From: a virus
Length of the DNA stretch: 64,000 nucleotides
Direction: 5' to 3' (one strand)
IMG/VR virus record: IMGVR_UViG_3300044615_000494
Shown here: positions 46,573 through 56,224 of the stretch, piece after piece
How the letters are laid out: every line of letters begins with the position of its first letter
Position numbering within the stretch: the first letter of the stretch is position 1
The notes under the pieces: model-generated
The model's database searches: none
Told to the model about the DNA's origin: nothing
Seen by the model: only the letters and a program-made list of their open reading frames with translations
Translations under genes and position numbers: made by a program

Positions 46573-46885
46573 CTTGTACTAATTTGATAATGATATCTAA
46601 TTTCTCTTTAGCATCTTTTACTGCTGGATATTCTTTAGCGAGTTTTTCGATACGCTCATCTTCAACCATCTTTTTCTTAGCCCAGTCCATGATAGACTGC
46701 AATTGAGGGTCAGATGATAATTCTACCGAGTTGTCGATCTTGTACCAAGATCCGCTAGCATTATCACATACCTCGAACTGCTTCGTGTTTCCGTTCCAAC
46801 GCACTTGTCCACTCTGTGCTGGCAGTAGATATTGTCTATCTACTTGCCAGACTATGGGATTCTGATATGAATGGATCTTTATCAT
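46553..46885 (-). CDS. Hypothetical protein
   Basis: GQVRWNGNTKQFEVCD...LAKEYPAVKDA. Confidence 0.65.
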   Translation of the reverse strand: MIKIHSYQNPIVWQVDRQYLLPAQSGQVRWNGNTKQFEVCDNASGSWYKIDNSVELSSDPQLQSIMDWAKKKMVEDERIEKLAKEYPAVKDAKEKLDIIIKLVQDENNST

Positions 46886-47604
46886 TTTGCCTGTGCGGGG
46901 AGCAGATAGCGATATGTCGCACACAGTCCCTTCACAGTGATTTCAGTTGCGCCCTGATCGCTGATCTTGACTGTCTTATCGCCGGGCAAGTCCATGATGC
47001 TCATGAATACCTTTACAGGCCATGCCCACGAACGACTCAATGTACCTTCTACATCAGGGTGAAATACAAAGTTACCGCTGTGTGTTGACGGGTCACCAAA
47101 GTAAATCTTAAGATCGCCCTTGTCAGTCTTAGTAGTGAAATGAATCTCTTCGCTGTTTGCTTGAGCCTGCTTCTTCAATCGCATGATACCTGCAACAGTA
47201 GGTTCGAACTCAACGTCCCACTTAGCGCCCTTGAACTTGACATCTTTGACTTTTTCTTCGATGATAGCCTTGCCCATCAATCGATAGTCATTGACGAAAT
47301 CACCAGCCTTAGTCTCAAAGTGAATAGCAGTAGGGACATCGTCCTTGTTACGTGTAACATTGATGACTGCATGTTCATCATAATCATCAAAACCAAGAAT
47401 AGTCTTGAGTTTGCCTAAATTAGGCATACCGAACGTACCAATGAATTCTGCTTGAGGAGTATCAAAAGTACCCTCAACGATAACGCTCTTGTCTTCTGCG
47501 ATAGCAGAGATTACTGTCTGCTTGTCAGTACCTGCGACCTTGACGAGTTCGATGACCCCCAAGCCAAATGTATGTTGAATCAAATCTTGTAAATTGTCTT
47601 TCAT
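46882..47604 (-). CDS. Putative DNA sliding clamp (gp45/PCNA-like)
   Basis: 240 aa, alternating alpha/beta pattern, adjacent to the DNA polymerase; no diagnostic motif recognised. Confidence 0.4.
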   Translation of the reverse strand: MKDNLQDLIQHTFGLGVIELVKVAGTDKQTVISAIAEDKSVIVEGTFDTPQAEFIGTFGMPNLGKLKTILGFDDYDEHAVINVTRNKDDVPTAIHFETKAGDFVNDYRLMGKAIIEEKVKDVKFKGAKWDVEFEPTVAGIMRLKKQAQANSEEIHFTTKTDKGDLKIYFGDPSTHSGNFVFHPDVEGTLSRSWAWPVKVFMSIMDLPGDKTVKISDQGATEITVKGLCATYRYLLPAQAK

Positions 47605-47647
47605 GTGTTTCCTCTTTGTGTTAGATATTTAGGTAGAATCATTGTGT

Positions 47648-47676
47648 ATAATAGTGGATTTTATTGCAAAAGTCAA
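47648..47676 (-). promoter_or_regulatory. sigma70-type promoter
   Basis: TTGACT-17-TATTAT. Confidence 0.65.
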
Positions 47677-47683
47677 ATACTTG

Positions 47684-50389
47684 TCATCCAAAACTAAACA
47701 AATCATCAAATGTCGAATTGGTGTCTGTGTTCTCTTCTAGTTCCCAATTCAACACTCCTAGAAGGTTATCGATCTTTTTATCGACCAATGTTTTTTCCAT
47801 AGCACTATCATCGAATGGTAGTTCTATGAACCAGTTTGGTAATCGCAATTCATCAGTGGGATATGCTATGCTTGTGAAGTTCAACGGATTAGGCTTTAGT
47901 TTACATACCACTACCTTCATACCATCGACCATCTTCATGCTATAGTTGTCACCATTTACACGGCGTAGATAATTCCAGTTCAATGCCGCGCGAACGTGTC
48001 CGGGCATATTAGCCTTACCTGTCTTACTATTTGCTTCAAGATCACCATATGTAGTTAAGTTGTTGACACTCTTGGGCGAACCCTTAGTCCAACTATCTTG
48101 CTTACCAAGTTCGATCTTGAATTGCTTGATGCGTTCAATGACATCCTCTCTAGTCTTACCTGCGAGGACCATCTCAAGCACTTCAAACAAGAAGTCTTGC
48201 ACATACTTGGGAGTATCTGCTCGTTTCAAGTCAAGACCCATAGCCTTGATCTTGCCTTGCTTCCCATCTTTGTCTAGTCGCTTACCTTCTTTATCATAGA
48301 TGTTGATAGCATAACGCTTCTTAGTGATGAACAAACTACGATCACCGACAAGTTCTCGACCACCTTTGATAACGCTTAATTTGCGGGGCACATGAAATGA
48401 CCGTTCCATGAAACTGGGGAAGCCTTCGTTGACTTGATCAGCGACACTATCATATAGAGCAACAGCCAAATCTTTATTGAATTCGACTTCGTTATTAGCG
48501 ATCTGTTCTTTTAAAATAGGATACGCGCTAAAGTAACATGAGTCAGTATCACCATAAACGATTGAATCACCAGTATGATCATACTTGCCTGCAATGATCT
48601 CATTGATATGCGAACTCATATGTTTCACAATCTGGCGACCACTCAATGTGACGCTCTGACCTATGCGCTTATCATAGAAACGACAATGCTCGTTCAACAA
48701 TGCACCATATGCAGAGTTAAGCAAAATCTTGCGAACCAATTGACGCTTATCCCAGTATTCGATATCTTCTTTCGTTTTGCTCTCTTTTAACTTCTTCTGC
48801 ATGTCTTTACGATCACTATACCAGCGTGTCAATAGTCCTGGGATCACGCCTTCTTGATCGCTACGGAAGATAGTACCATTCGCGCTCAAGATATATGGCT
48901 TGTTGCTGTCAAAGATCAATTTCCATACTTCTGCCGCAGACATCTCTACGCTCTCGCCACTCTCAAAGTCAACTGTGAGCATAGTACCACGCTCTTGATT
49001 CATGACTGCTTCATATTCAAGACTGCCGAACAAGCCTTCCCAAAGCAACGAACTCATCTCAAGATCATCATCTTCGTCATAGCGTTTCTTTTCGCTTGCT
49101 AATCTTCGTGCTTTCTCAGTGAGGTGATGCTCAGTCAATGTAGGACGCAATTGTGCAACGATAGTCTCGGGAGCCATGTTCAATGAACGAATGGCGCTAG
49201 GATACAGACTGTTGATATCGATAGCAGCCACATATTCGTGTATGCCTTTCTTTGGCACAGCGACATATGCACCGGCTGCAGCCATATCACTTTCTTTTGC
49301 ATTTCTCTTTTTATCAGGAACCATCATGCCGCGCTCATGCGCTTCGTTCATGATAGCCATCTCAATCATCGCTACTGAACCCATGACTGTTGGCAACAGT
49401 ACTGTATTCTCATGCGCTAGTGCGTTAGCAAGATCAAGGAACTTGAGTTTGTTGTGGATCTTTACAAGCAACATAGTATCCTGTCTGTTGTATTCAATAA
49501 ACTTCTTGAAGTCCTTGTTATAGAGTTGGTCAAGAGTACCTTCATACTGTGTCTTATTCTCACCGACTTCCATCTCACCGATGAAATCTAGTTTATAACT
49601 GTGACGGCTTTCGTAGTTGTACTTCTTATACAACTGTAGATAGTCCATATGAATACGACCAACAAGGTCATATGTCACTTCTTCTTTGCCGAAACGTTCA
49701 TATGTCCTTGATTTAGGAGTCTGCCCAAGCAAGCAGAATTTGCGTGTATCATCTTTGCTCATGATACGTGTGACACGATTGACCATGTAGGGTATATCGT
49801 ATCCTTCTGAGTTCCAGCCTGTGAGTACGTCTGCATCTTTGATCAACTCAAAGAATGTCTCAAACATCTCAATCTCTGACCTGAACAATATAGTATTACC
49901 TAAGTCAGTAGTCAAGTCATGCGCAGTTTCATCGCTCATGTGCTTGGGCGGGATAGCAAGTGTGACAAGTGTATCTTGCCAATCCAAGTACATTGAGATA
50001 GCCGTGACCGGATTGAAAGGATCACTCGTTGGACTAAAGCCCTTCTCTGGGTCAAAGTCTACCTCAATGTCAAAGAAACATGTATGGAGTTTTGGAGGCT
50101 CACTGCCTAAGTAGTTTTCACTTAGACAGCGGAACACCACATTGATGTCCGATTCAAACAGTTTCTTATTGCTGTGGATTCGTTTTTCTTTTTCGAACTC
50201 AGTACGCTTTCTTGTGCTGAAGCGTGATATGGGATCGCCATATATACTGCGATATTTACCCTTAGGGTCAGTATAATACAAAGTATAGTTGGCAGGAAAC
50301 TCGTTGTATGTGCGCTTGCCGTCAGGCTGTCGCTCTACGACAAATATCCTGTCGCTGTCTCTATCGTGAATCGCGTCAACGTAACTCAT
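47684..50389 (-). CDS. Family B DNA polymerase with 3'-5' exonuclease
   Basis: ExoI FDIEVD; ExoII GWNSEGYD; ExoIII YNRQD; DINSLYPS; KILLNSAYG; YGDTDS; KKRY. Confidence 0.97.
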   Translation of the reverse strand: MSYVDAIHDRDSDRIFVVERQPDGKRTYNEFPANYTLYYTDPKGKYRSIYGDPISRFSTRKRTEFEKEKRIHSNKKLFESDINVVFRCLSENYLGSEPPKLHTCFFDIEVDFDPEKGFSPTSDPFNPVTAISMYLDWQDTLVTLAIPPKHMSDETAHDLTTDLGNTILFRSEIEMFETFFELIKDADVLTGWNSEGYDIPYMVNRVTRIMSKDDTRKFCLLGQTPKSRTYERFGKEEVTYDLVGRIHMDYLQLYKKYNYESRHSYKLDFIGEMEVGENKTQYEGTLDQLYNKDFKKFIEYNRQDTMLLVKIHNKLKFLDLANALAHENTVLLPTVMGSVAMIEMAIMNEAHERGMMVPDKKRNAKESDMAAAGAYVAVPKKGIHEYVAAIDINSLYPSAIRSLNMAPETIVAQLRPTLTEHHLTEKARRLASEKKRYDEDDDLEMSSLLWEGLFGSLEYEAVMNQERGTMLTVDFESGESVEMSAAEVWKLIFDSNKPYILSANGTIFRSDQEGVIPGLLTRWYSDRKDMQKKLKESKTKEDIEYWDKRQLVRKILLNSAYGALLNEHCRFYDKRIGQSVTLSGRQIVKHMSSHINEIIAGKYDHTGDSIVYGDTDSCYFSAYPILKEQIANNEVEFNKDLAVALYDSVADQVNEGFPSFMERSFHVPRKLSVIKGGRELVGDRSLFITKKRYAINIYDKEGKRLDKDGKQGKIKAMGLDLKRADTPKYVQDFLFEVLEMVLAGKTREDVIERIKQFKIELGKQDSWTKGSPKSVNNLTTYGDLEANSKTGKANMPGHVRAALNWNYLRRVNGDNYSMKMVDGMKVVVCKLKPNPLNFTSIAYPTDELRLPNWFIELPFDDSAMEKTLVDKKIDNLLGVLNWELEENTDTNSTFDDLFSFG

Positions 50390-51005
50390 TCTTTATTCTA
50401 TTATAAATTTGTTCTGCTTGCAACCTGTTGCTTTCCATACCGGGATGCCTGCCGTCTAATGCATAGTCATCCATTATCAATATCATATCCCAGAAATTTT
50501 TTAGATTCAGTGTGCTAGGTGGTCTTTCTTGACAACCATCTTGTACACCATGAAAATAAAAATTCTTTATATTTCTTGAGGTCAGATACAACTCTACGTG
50601 CTGTATGGCTAACCAATTGTACCAATAATATTTTTCTTTCAAGAAAGGCTCATCGATCTCGGACATTATCAATCTTTTATGCTCAGGCGTGTCCTTGTTA
50701 ATCAACGTAGCGTTTCCTTCTGACATATCATTAAATTGATGACAGAAATACCTATCAAAATATGAGAAGGCAGTGATAACTATATCGTCAGGATATAGTT
50801 CTGCTTTAAGAACCTTCATCATGATCGCTAGATTACCTATACCAGCATTGGCTAGGTTGACACACTCTATTCCCAGTTTATTAGCGACCATGTTGGGCCA
50901 GCCCAACTTGCTAGGTGTCAGTGCCGGGAGATTAGGGGGTATATGACAATCTGGTAGTGCGTGTCCATATACAAAAGAACACCCGAACGTCACTAATCTA
51001 GGCAT
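50376..51005 (-). CDS. SGNH-like hydrolase-fold protein
   Basis: VTFGCSFVYG; NLANAGIGN; DGRHPG. Confidence 0.7.
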   Translation of the reverse strand: MPRLVTFGCSFVYGHALPDCHIPPNLPALTPSKLGWPNMVANKLGIECVNLANAGIGNLAIMMKVLKAELYPDDIVITAFSYFDRYFCHQFNDMSEGNATLINKDTPEHKRLIMSEIDEPFLKEKYYWYNWLAIQHVELYLTSRNIKNFYFHGVQDGCQERPPSTLNLKNFWDMILIMDDYALDGRHPGMESNRLQAEQIYNRIKNELR

Positions 51006-51288
51006 TCAATACCCTCACTAATCCTACAGTGTCTATGACCGTCAACAACATATAATTTGCTAACATGCCAAAACTACTACGTGTCCATGCAGCCCATGCA
51101 TACATAGCGCACCCCATTATCCACAATGTGTATAACAATACTAAAGGTGGATTAGGTACAGTCAATGCCATCAATAATGAACAGCCTATGCTGATCATCC
51201 AGGCTATGACTTCTATGAAGAAACGGAATCGATTGGATCTGTAATCGTCAAGTATCCAATTGAAAACGTCACGAAAAATATCGATCAC
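50998..51288 (-). CDS. Three-TM membrane protein
   Basis: Hydrophobic 96-aa ORF. Confidence 0.65.
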   Translation of the reverse strand: MIDIFRDVFNWILDDYRSNRFRFFIEVIAWMISIGCSLLMALTVPNPPLVLLYTLWIMGCAMYAWAAWTRSSFGMLANYMLLTVIDTVGLVRVLNA

Positions 51289-51545
51289 AATGTTTTCCCG
51301 ACTGTCTCCAAGATAGTGTTGAGTTCTTCGTTTTCTTTGTTAGTCTCACCTAGTCGTGCCTTATAGGCTACGCGAATTGCCTTCTTAAGGATGCTTGGCT
51401 TGACTTCAAGTTCTTCTGCGATAGCCTTGACTGTATCAGTCAGGCCCTCTTGCAATGTCTCAACTTCTTGCATGACTGCCATGCCCTCGTTGATAAGTTG
51501 CGTGAGTTTGATTTTTGCTTCGTTATTAAAAGTGCGTGTTGACAT
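51285..51545 (-). CDS. GapR/T4 DsbA-like dsDNA-binding protein
   Basis: KLTQLINEG...LQEGLTDTVKAIAEELEVKPSILKKAIRVAYK. Confidence 0.55.
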   Translation of the reverse strand: MSTRTFNNEAKIKLTQLINEGMAVMQEVETLQEGLTDTVKAIAEELEVKPSILKKAIRVAYKARLGETNKENEELNTILETVGKTL

Positions 51546-51572
51546 TAGATTACTCCTCTATGTGAATTAGTT

Positions 51573-51601
51573 AGTATACTACACTGTTGTAAATAAGTCA
51601 A
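51573..51601 (-). promoter_or_regulatory. sigma70-type promoter
   Basis: TTGACT-17-TATACT. Confidence 0.75.
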
Positions 51602-51618
51602 ACTTTTTACGTCCAAAC

Positions 51619-51867
51619 CTATTGATATTTCAGTTTTAGGAACATATATTCCTCTTCTTTCATGGAAATGATTGCATCTTTGGAACTTGTGAGTTTTACT
51701 TTATAACCAAATGTTTCAAACTTCCTAAGTACTTGCGTTTTTATCTCTTCGGGTCTAGTCTTAGAAAAATTAGTAACTAGATAGTTCCTGAATTCAGGAT
51801 CCATACTATCCACCTTTTCATAGATATAAGCCCATAACCATTGATTTTTATTTAGGCTGACTAGCAT
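51619..51867 (-). CDS. Hypothetical protein
   Basis: 82-aa tiled ORF. Confidence 0.55.
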   Translation of the reverse strand: MLVSLNKNQWLWAYIYEKVDSMDPEFRNYLVTNFSKTRPEEIKTQVLRKFETFGYKVKLTSSKDAIISMKEEEYMFLKLKYQ

Positions 51868-52447
51868 CTAGGATTAATTTTTTGATGACTTTCTCAATAC
51901 CGGGATTGACATGATATACATGCTCGACCATATGCTTCCTAATATAGTTTCGCATGTACTTGTCGTCATGATTAGACTTGTCTTCTCTCCACTCTAACCC
52001 TTTACGCATACACCAGTCAATGAATTCTTGTTTGGGATTTAGCAAGAAAGGTCTGTGTACATTTTTACGTGTATCGGGAATAACTTTAGGTTCTCCGTGC
52101 ATAGCAGACCAAATATATGTCTCAATGCAGTCGTTCAAATGATGACCAGTGACAACATATTCAAATTGTTCTAAGAAACGATAACGCTCATTGCGCCAGT
52201 GTTCTTCCCAACTATGATCTTTGGGTTTTTCGTTACGGATATAACCAATATGTAATGAGATGTTTCTACTACTACAATGATGGAAAACAAAGTCGTAAGC
52301 ATTGTCGCTGGCTTCAGTACCGTGATGAAAAAATGCCGCATCAACTTCATGATTGTTGCTCAGAAAATCTAAGATGGCAACGCTATCCACACCACCGCTA
52401 AATGCGACAGTGATTTTTCGAGGCAACTTATGAAGTAATTGGATCAT
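51848..52447 (-). CDS. tilS: TilS-like PP-loop ATPase (N-terminal domain only)
   Basis: VAFSGGVDS; RNERYRFL; TGHHLNDCIET; RPFL; EDKSN; RNYIR. Confidence 0.75.
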   Translation of the reverse strand: MIQLLHKLPRKITVAFSGGVDSVAILDFLSNNHEVDAAFFHHGTEASDNAYDFVFHHCSSRNISLHIGYIRNEKPKDHSWEEHWRNERYRFLEQFEYVVTGHHLNDCIETYIWSAMHGEPKVIPDTRKNVHRPFLLNPKQEFIDWCMRKGLEWREDKSNHDDKYMRNYIRKHMVEHVYHVNPGIEKVIKKLILDASQPK

Positions 52448-52453
52448 ACCTAT

Positions 52454-52482
52454 ATTATACGATATAGGATATGGATTTGCAA
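52454..52482 (-). promoter_or_regulatory. sigma70-type promoter giving a leaderless transcript
   Basis: TTGCAA-17-TATAAT-6 nt-ATG. Confidence 0.65.
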
Positions 52483-52485
52483 CTT

Positions 52486-52869
52486 TTATTGGAAAATGTG
52501 GTGATTCTTTTCGCCGTAAATCTTGATGTATTTTCCGGCTAGCATATCTGCCATGCTCTCGACTGGGCTGCCGGGATAACTGTCCCCGTGATCGACCATG
52601 TCTAATTCACCCTGACGAACGTGAACCAATTCATGAAATACGGTGCGTAATATGTCTACAAGGTTTCGATTTTTAGCATAAACCCAAATAGTATCTCCAC
52701 CGATCATATGCCCACCGGTATGATGGTTATTCTGGGCTTCTTCCGTATCCATGCTTAATTCAATCTTGGGCGGATCGCTAATATTGAGTTTGCCGCATGC
52801 CCACTTAGCAAATTTATTTACTTCGCTAGGTATGTCTGCTCTGGATCTGACGAAATCTTCTGTGCGCAT
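52486..52869 (-). CDS. Zinc metallopeptidase-like protein
   Basis: RTVFHELVHVRQ (HExxH) with downstream E..A; TAAATA-5-ATG. Confidence 0.7.
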   Translation of the reverse strand: MRTEDFVRSRADIPSEVNKFAKWACGKLNISDPPKIELSMDTEEAQNNHHTGGHMIGGDTIWVYAKNRNLVDILRTVFHELVHVRQGELDMVDHGDSYPGSPVESMADMLAGKYIKIYGEKNHHIFQ

Positions 52870-52877
52870 TGTAGTAT

Positions 52878-53657
52878 TTATACTTTGTACCCTTTGGCAA
52901 CCATAGCATCACGTATCAATAATGCTAACTGCATATGTCCTTGAATTCCCGGATGTGGATCTTCGCCACTCACCCTACCATACTCCCAAAATGGTTTAGC
53001 ATGGTGTAATTTAGGATCTCTGATATCGTCTAACACGTTGAAGTTATTGTATAACGCATCCCTGTGATGTTCGGGCCAATTATGCCATAAATGACTTTGA
53101 TGCCAAATATAAAATTCTTTCACCCCAAAAGCATCAAACATTCCTTTGAGTGCATAAGCATAACTGATAGTTCTATAAAAATCTTCTATAGGATGAGTTT
53201 CTGATATCTTTCTTGTAGCCTCTTCCCTGAGTTCTCGCAATCTTCCTAGGCTTCTATGATGCCTATCGTAAGTATATTGTATGTCTGTGCAAACTACATC
53301 GATCTTACAATTAACCCAGTAAGCCTGATTATCTTCCCATGCTTCTTTAGTACTGAGTGGATCATATTTTTCAAATCTAGACCACTCAGTAAATTGAATC
53401 ACAGCAACAGTCCGCGCTAATTCTTCGGGTGTTTTGCTTAACAACCAATTATAAGTTTTTCTTAATACACGTTGATTACTTCCACAACCGTTAGCAAGGT
53501 TGTAAACTTCATCAGCATGTAATAATGACCCTAGGTGATGTGGCCATAATAAAGAAAGCCTTCTATCATGGTCAGGTAAACCATTATGGGCATGAATAAA
53601 ATGTGGTTCTAGTCCCCCACCCGCAGTCCAACTGCATCCATTAGTATATAGTATCAT
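52878..53657 (-). CDS. SGNH-like hydrolase-fold protein
   Basis: YTNGCSWTAG; NLANGCGSN; EDPHPG. Confidence 0.7.
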   Translation of the reverse strand: MILYTNGCSWTAGGGLEPHFIHAHNGLPDHDRRLSLLWPHHLGSLLHADEVYNLANGCGSNQRVLRKTYNWLLSKTPEELARTVAVIQFTEWSRFEKYDPLSTKEAWEDNQAYWVNCKIDVVCTDIQYTYDRHHRSLGRLRELREEATRKISETHPIEDFYRTISYAYALKGMFDAFGVKEFYIWHQSHLWHNWPEHHRDALYNNFNVLDDIRDPKLHHAKPFWEYGRVSGEDPHPGIQGHMQLALLIRDAMVAKGYKV

Positions 53658-53676
53658 GTAGATATTTATTTACGTA

Positions 53677-54264
53677 TTATTTTGCTAATGGATTTTCCCA
53701 AGCCTTCTTGATCTTGTCGTCTACTTTTCTCTCAAGTTCCTTCAATTTAGCATCTGACTCACGTTCTAGGGCTCTGATTCTATTCTGTAGATCACGCTCA
53801 GTATCACCTAAACGCTTATCGCTTTGATTCACAAAACCACGAGTATCACGGTCTAACTCACGACCTCTACGCTCGGCTGCATCAACTGCCGCTTCGACAC
53901 GATCTATATCCGCTTTTAGATCACTTCTGATACCGCGGGTCATGTCTTGATTCTGTTGAACCAGTATGACTAAACTTTCTTGACTCTTTTCTAACTTAGT
54001 CAATCGTGTCTCAATAGCAGTAAAATCAGGGCTTACATAATTAGCGATAGCATCCTTCATGTTCATGTAATCTTTATAAAACTCAAACGTAGCATAAAGA
54101 CCACCGAGTACTGTTGATAATATACCGGCTGCTATCATCAATTTAGCAGGGGTGAAATTATAACCACCTACGCTGATGACTGTGTTCTCACTTAGATATT
54201 TTTCTTTAGCCGCTTCAAGTTCATCTACTTTAGCGTCAATGTCTGTCTTCTTTTTATTTGTCAT
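53677..54264 (-). CDS. Single-TM coiled-coil protein
   Basis: TM LMIAAGILSTVLGGLY followed by a heptad-rich region. Confidence 0.7.
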   Translation of the reverse strand: MTNKKKTDIDAKVDELEAAKEKYLSENTVISVGGYNFTPAKLMIAAGILSTVLGGLYATFEFYKDYMNMKDAIANYVSPDFTAIETRLTKLEKSQESLVILVQQNQDMTRGIRSDLKADIDRVEAAVDAAERRGRELDRDTRGFVNQSDKRLGDTERDLQNRIRALERESDAKLKELERKVDDKIKKAWENPLAK

Positions 54265-54278
54265 TTTTTATTTTCTCC

Positions 54279-54464
54279 TTAATCCCAGAAACCCTTTTTT
54301 GTTTCTTCTAAGTAGGCTTGGGTTCTTAATTTAATACTACTAGGTGATGATGGTACACCCATATAGTTCGTTATGATCTCTCCCTTGCATCTTTCATATT
54401 CTTCTTTTTGCTCAGGTGTCATGTCCTTATAATCTTTAAATTCATACCATTTTGGTTTTCTCAT
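54279..54464 (-). CDS. Hypothetical protein
   Basis: 61 aa; ATGA overlap. Confidence 0.5.
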   Translation of the reverse strand: MRKPKWYEFKDYKDMTPEQKEEYERCKGEIITNYMGVPSSPSSIKLRTQAYLEETKKGFWD

Positions 54465-56224
54465 TTGTATTGTGCCTCCACCATTTTATTATAAGTATCT
54501 GTGTTACCCTTTTCTAAAAAGTACATGCTACGCTTGTTGTCAGAAGGCACTTGATTTTTGTATATCTCTTTAGGTGCATAGAAAGATGTATCTCTCAATG
54601 CAAGTTGTAGATATGAATTATATCCTATAGGTTGCATCATCATTCTGTCTAAACTGATGCCCATAGACAATTCATTGTTTTGTGCATTTTTGTTTAATGG
54701 ATTTTCTTTTTGCTCTGTGCTAGAACTATTATTAGTTTTTGTGTTGTTCTCTATGATTTCAGTCAATGGGTTAGCACGATTAGTTAAAAAATTGTTAGTG
54801 AATAAAACGTTCTCTACTTCTGCACTACGCAATCCAGTCATAGTAGTTGTTTGCACACTAGATGTTGATTGTGTAACTACCGGCTGTATCGATATCATAG
54901 ATACCTGTGTGTCTATTGATTGTGCAGATTGATTGTTGTTTGAAACATTCTGTTGCACACTTGCATTATTACCCATCATGACTTGGTTATTAACTGCACC
55001 AAGATTTTGCTGAGTGTTAGATGCTAAAGGTATACCCTGAGCAAATGAAGAACTTTGCACATTACTTTGTTGTGTTATACTAACTTGTTGCGTGGCTGCT
55101 TGTATGCTTGCATTAGACGATGTATTTGCTACTGACATAGCAGTTTGTTCTGTGGCTCGCACAGCAGATTGTGCTACATCATTAGCGGCTTGTACAGCAG
55201 TTGTAGCAATCGCTTGTTCTTTCTTTTCATTGTTCTTGATCATAGTCAGTATTGATGAAAGACTTGGTCCACCGGAAGTAGAACTACCTTGTTGTGGTGC
55301 AGAACCTGAACTTGCTACATTGTTTGATGAGCCAGGAGGAGGTTGTGATCCTGGTGGCGGCTGTGATCCAGACGGAGCCGGCTGTGATGATCCACTTGGT
55401 GGTGGCTGACTAGTAGATGCTGTAGTTGTAGTCGTACTGCCGGGTGGAGGAGGCTCAGAGCCAGGTGGGGGAGGTGAACTATATGCAATCTGTTGTTCTT
55501 GCTGTTTGGGTTCTGACTCCGGAGGCGGCTTGCTAAATGTATCTGCTATCTCTATAGGACTAGATGTTCCTGTGTTAGTTGTAGTTGTTGTAGGTGTAGG
55601 TGATGTTGATGTTTGCTTAACGCTATAATTCAATGATAAAGATATATCTCGTACCCTAGGACCATAATAACCACTCCAAAAATTCATGTCACTACCCGTC
55701 CATGATATAGAAATGTCACCTAAAGAATTTAGTTGATATGGACTACTAAAAGTTTCAGTGCCTGTAAAGGTCTGAAAGGTAGCACCGGTATTTGTCAAAC
55801 TATAATCATAGTTGTAGTATTCTAAAACTTTTCCTGTATTATTTGTAAGACTGCCATATACGTTTAATGAACCTCTAGTTCCAGAAGGATTATTTAAATC
55901 ATTATATATCTTCCAAGAGTAATTAAAACCACCTACACTTATACCTTGTCCGCTCAATACTGAATTGATCGCTATTATCTGACTTACTGTATACGGCATG
56001 TAACTAAAACGAATCGTATTAGTATCAGTGTTGAATGCTGGAGAAGGACCGCCACCAGTACCCTCTACTTGACCTAATTGAGTAGCATTCATGTAAATAA
56101 CATTACCCCATTGTGTGGGATCCACCAAATTTGGTGTAGTCTGTACACTACCTGTATTGGTGTTTATGTTTTGCGCACAGACTACGTTACTAACTAGCAA
56201 CAATAAGGCTAAGAGTTTTTTCAT
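54461..56224 (-). CDS. Secreted protein with a Pro/Ser/Gln-rich linker
   Basis: Signal peptide MKKLLALLLLVSNVVCA; SQPPPSGSSQPAPSGSQPPPGSQPPPGSS. Confidence 0.75.
   Translation of the reverse strand: MKKLLALLLLVSNVVCAQNINTNTGSVQTTPNLVDPTQWGNVIYMNATQLGQVEGTGGGPSPAFNTDTNTIRFSYMPYTVSQIIAINSVLSGQGISVGGFNYSWKIYNDLNNPSGTRGSLNVYGSLTNNTGKVLEYYNYDYSLTNTGATFQTFTGTETFSSPYQLNSLGDISISWTGSDMNFWSGYYGPRVRDISLSLNYSVKQTSTSPTPTTTTTNTGTSSPIEIADTFSKPPPESEPKQQEQQIAYSSPPPPGSEPPPPGSTTTTTASTSQPPPSGSSQPAPSGSQPPPGSQPPPGSSNNVASSGSAPQQGSSTSGGPSLSSILTMIKNNEKKEQAIATTAVQAANDVAQSAVRATEQTAMSVANTSSNASIQAATQQVSITQQSNVQSSSFAQGIPLASNTQQNLGAVNNQVMMGNNASVQQNVSNNNQSAQSIDTQVSMISIQPVVTQSTSSVQTTTMTGLRSAEVENVLFTNNFLTNRANPLTEIIENNTKTNNSSSTEQKENPLNKNAQNNELSMGISLDRMMMQPIGYNSYLQLALRDTSFYAPKEIYKNQVPSDNKRSMYFLEKGNTDTYNKMVEAQYK

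Noticed and set aside
47684-50389. Intein or intron in the DNA polymerase
   Set aside because: 901 aa with normally spaced motifs; no splice-junction or LAGLIDADG motifs
51848-52447. Calling the SGGVDS protein QueC
   Set aside because: It has TilS-type R..RY, TGHH.ND..ET and RP.L motifs and lacks the C-terminal Zn-binding Cys cluster of QueC
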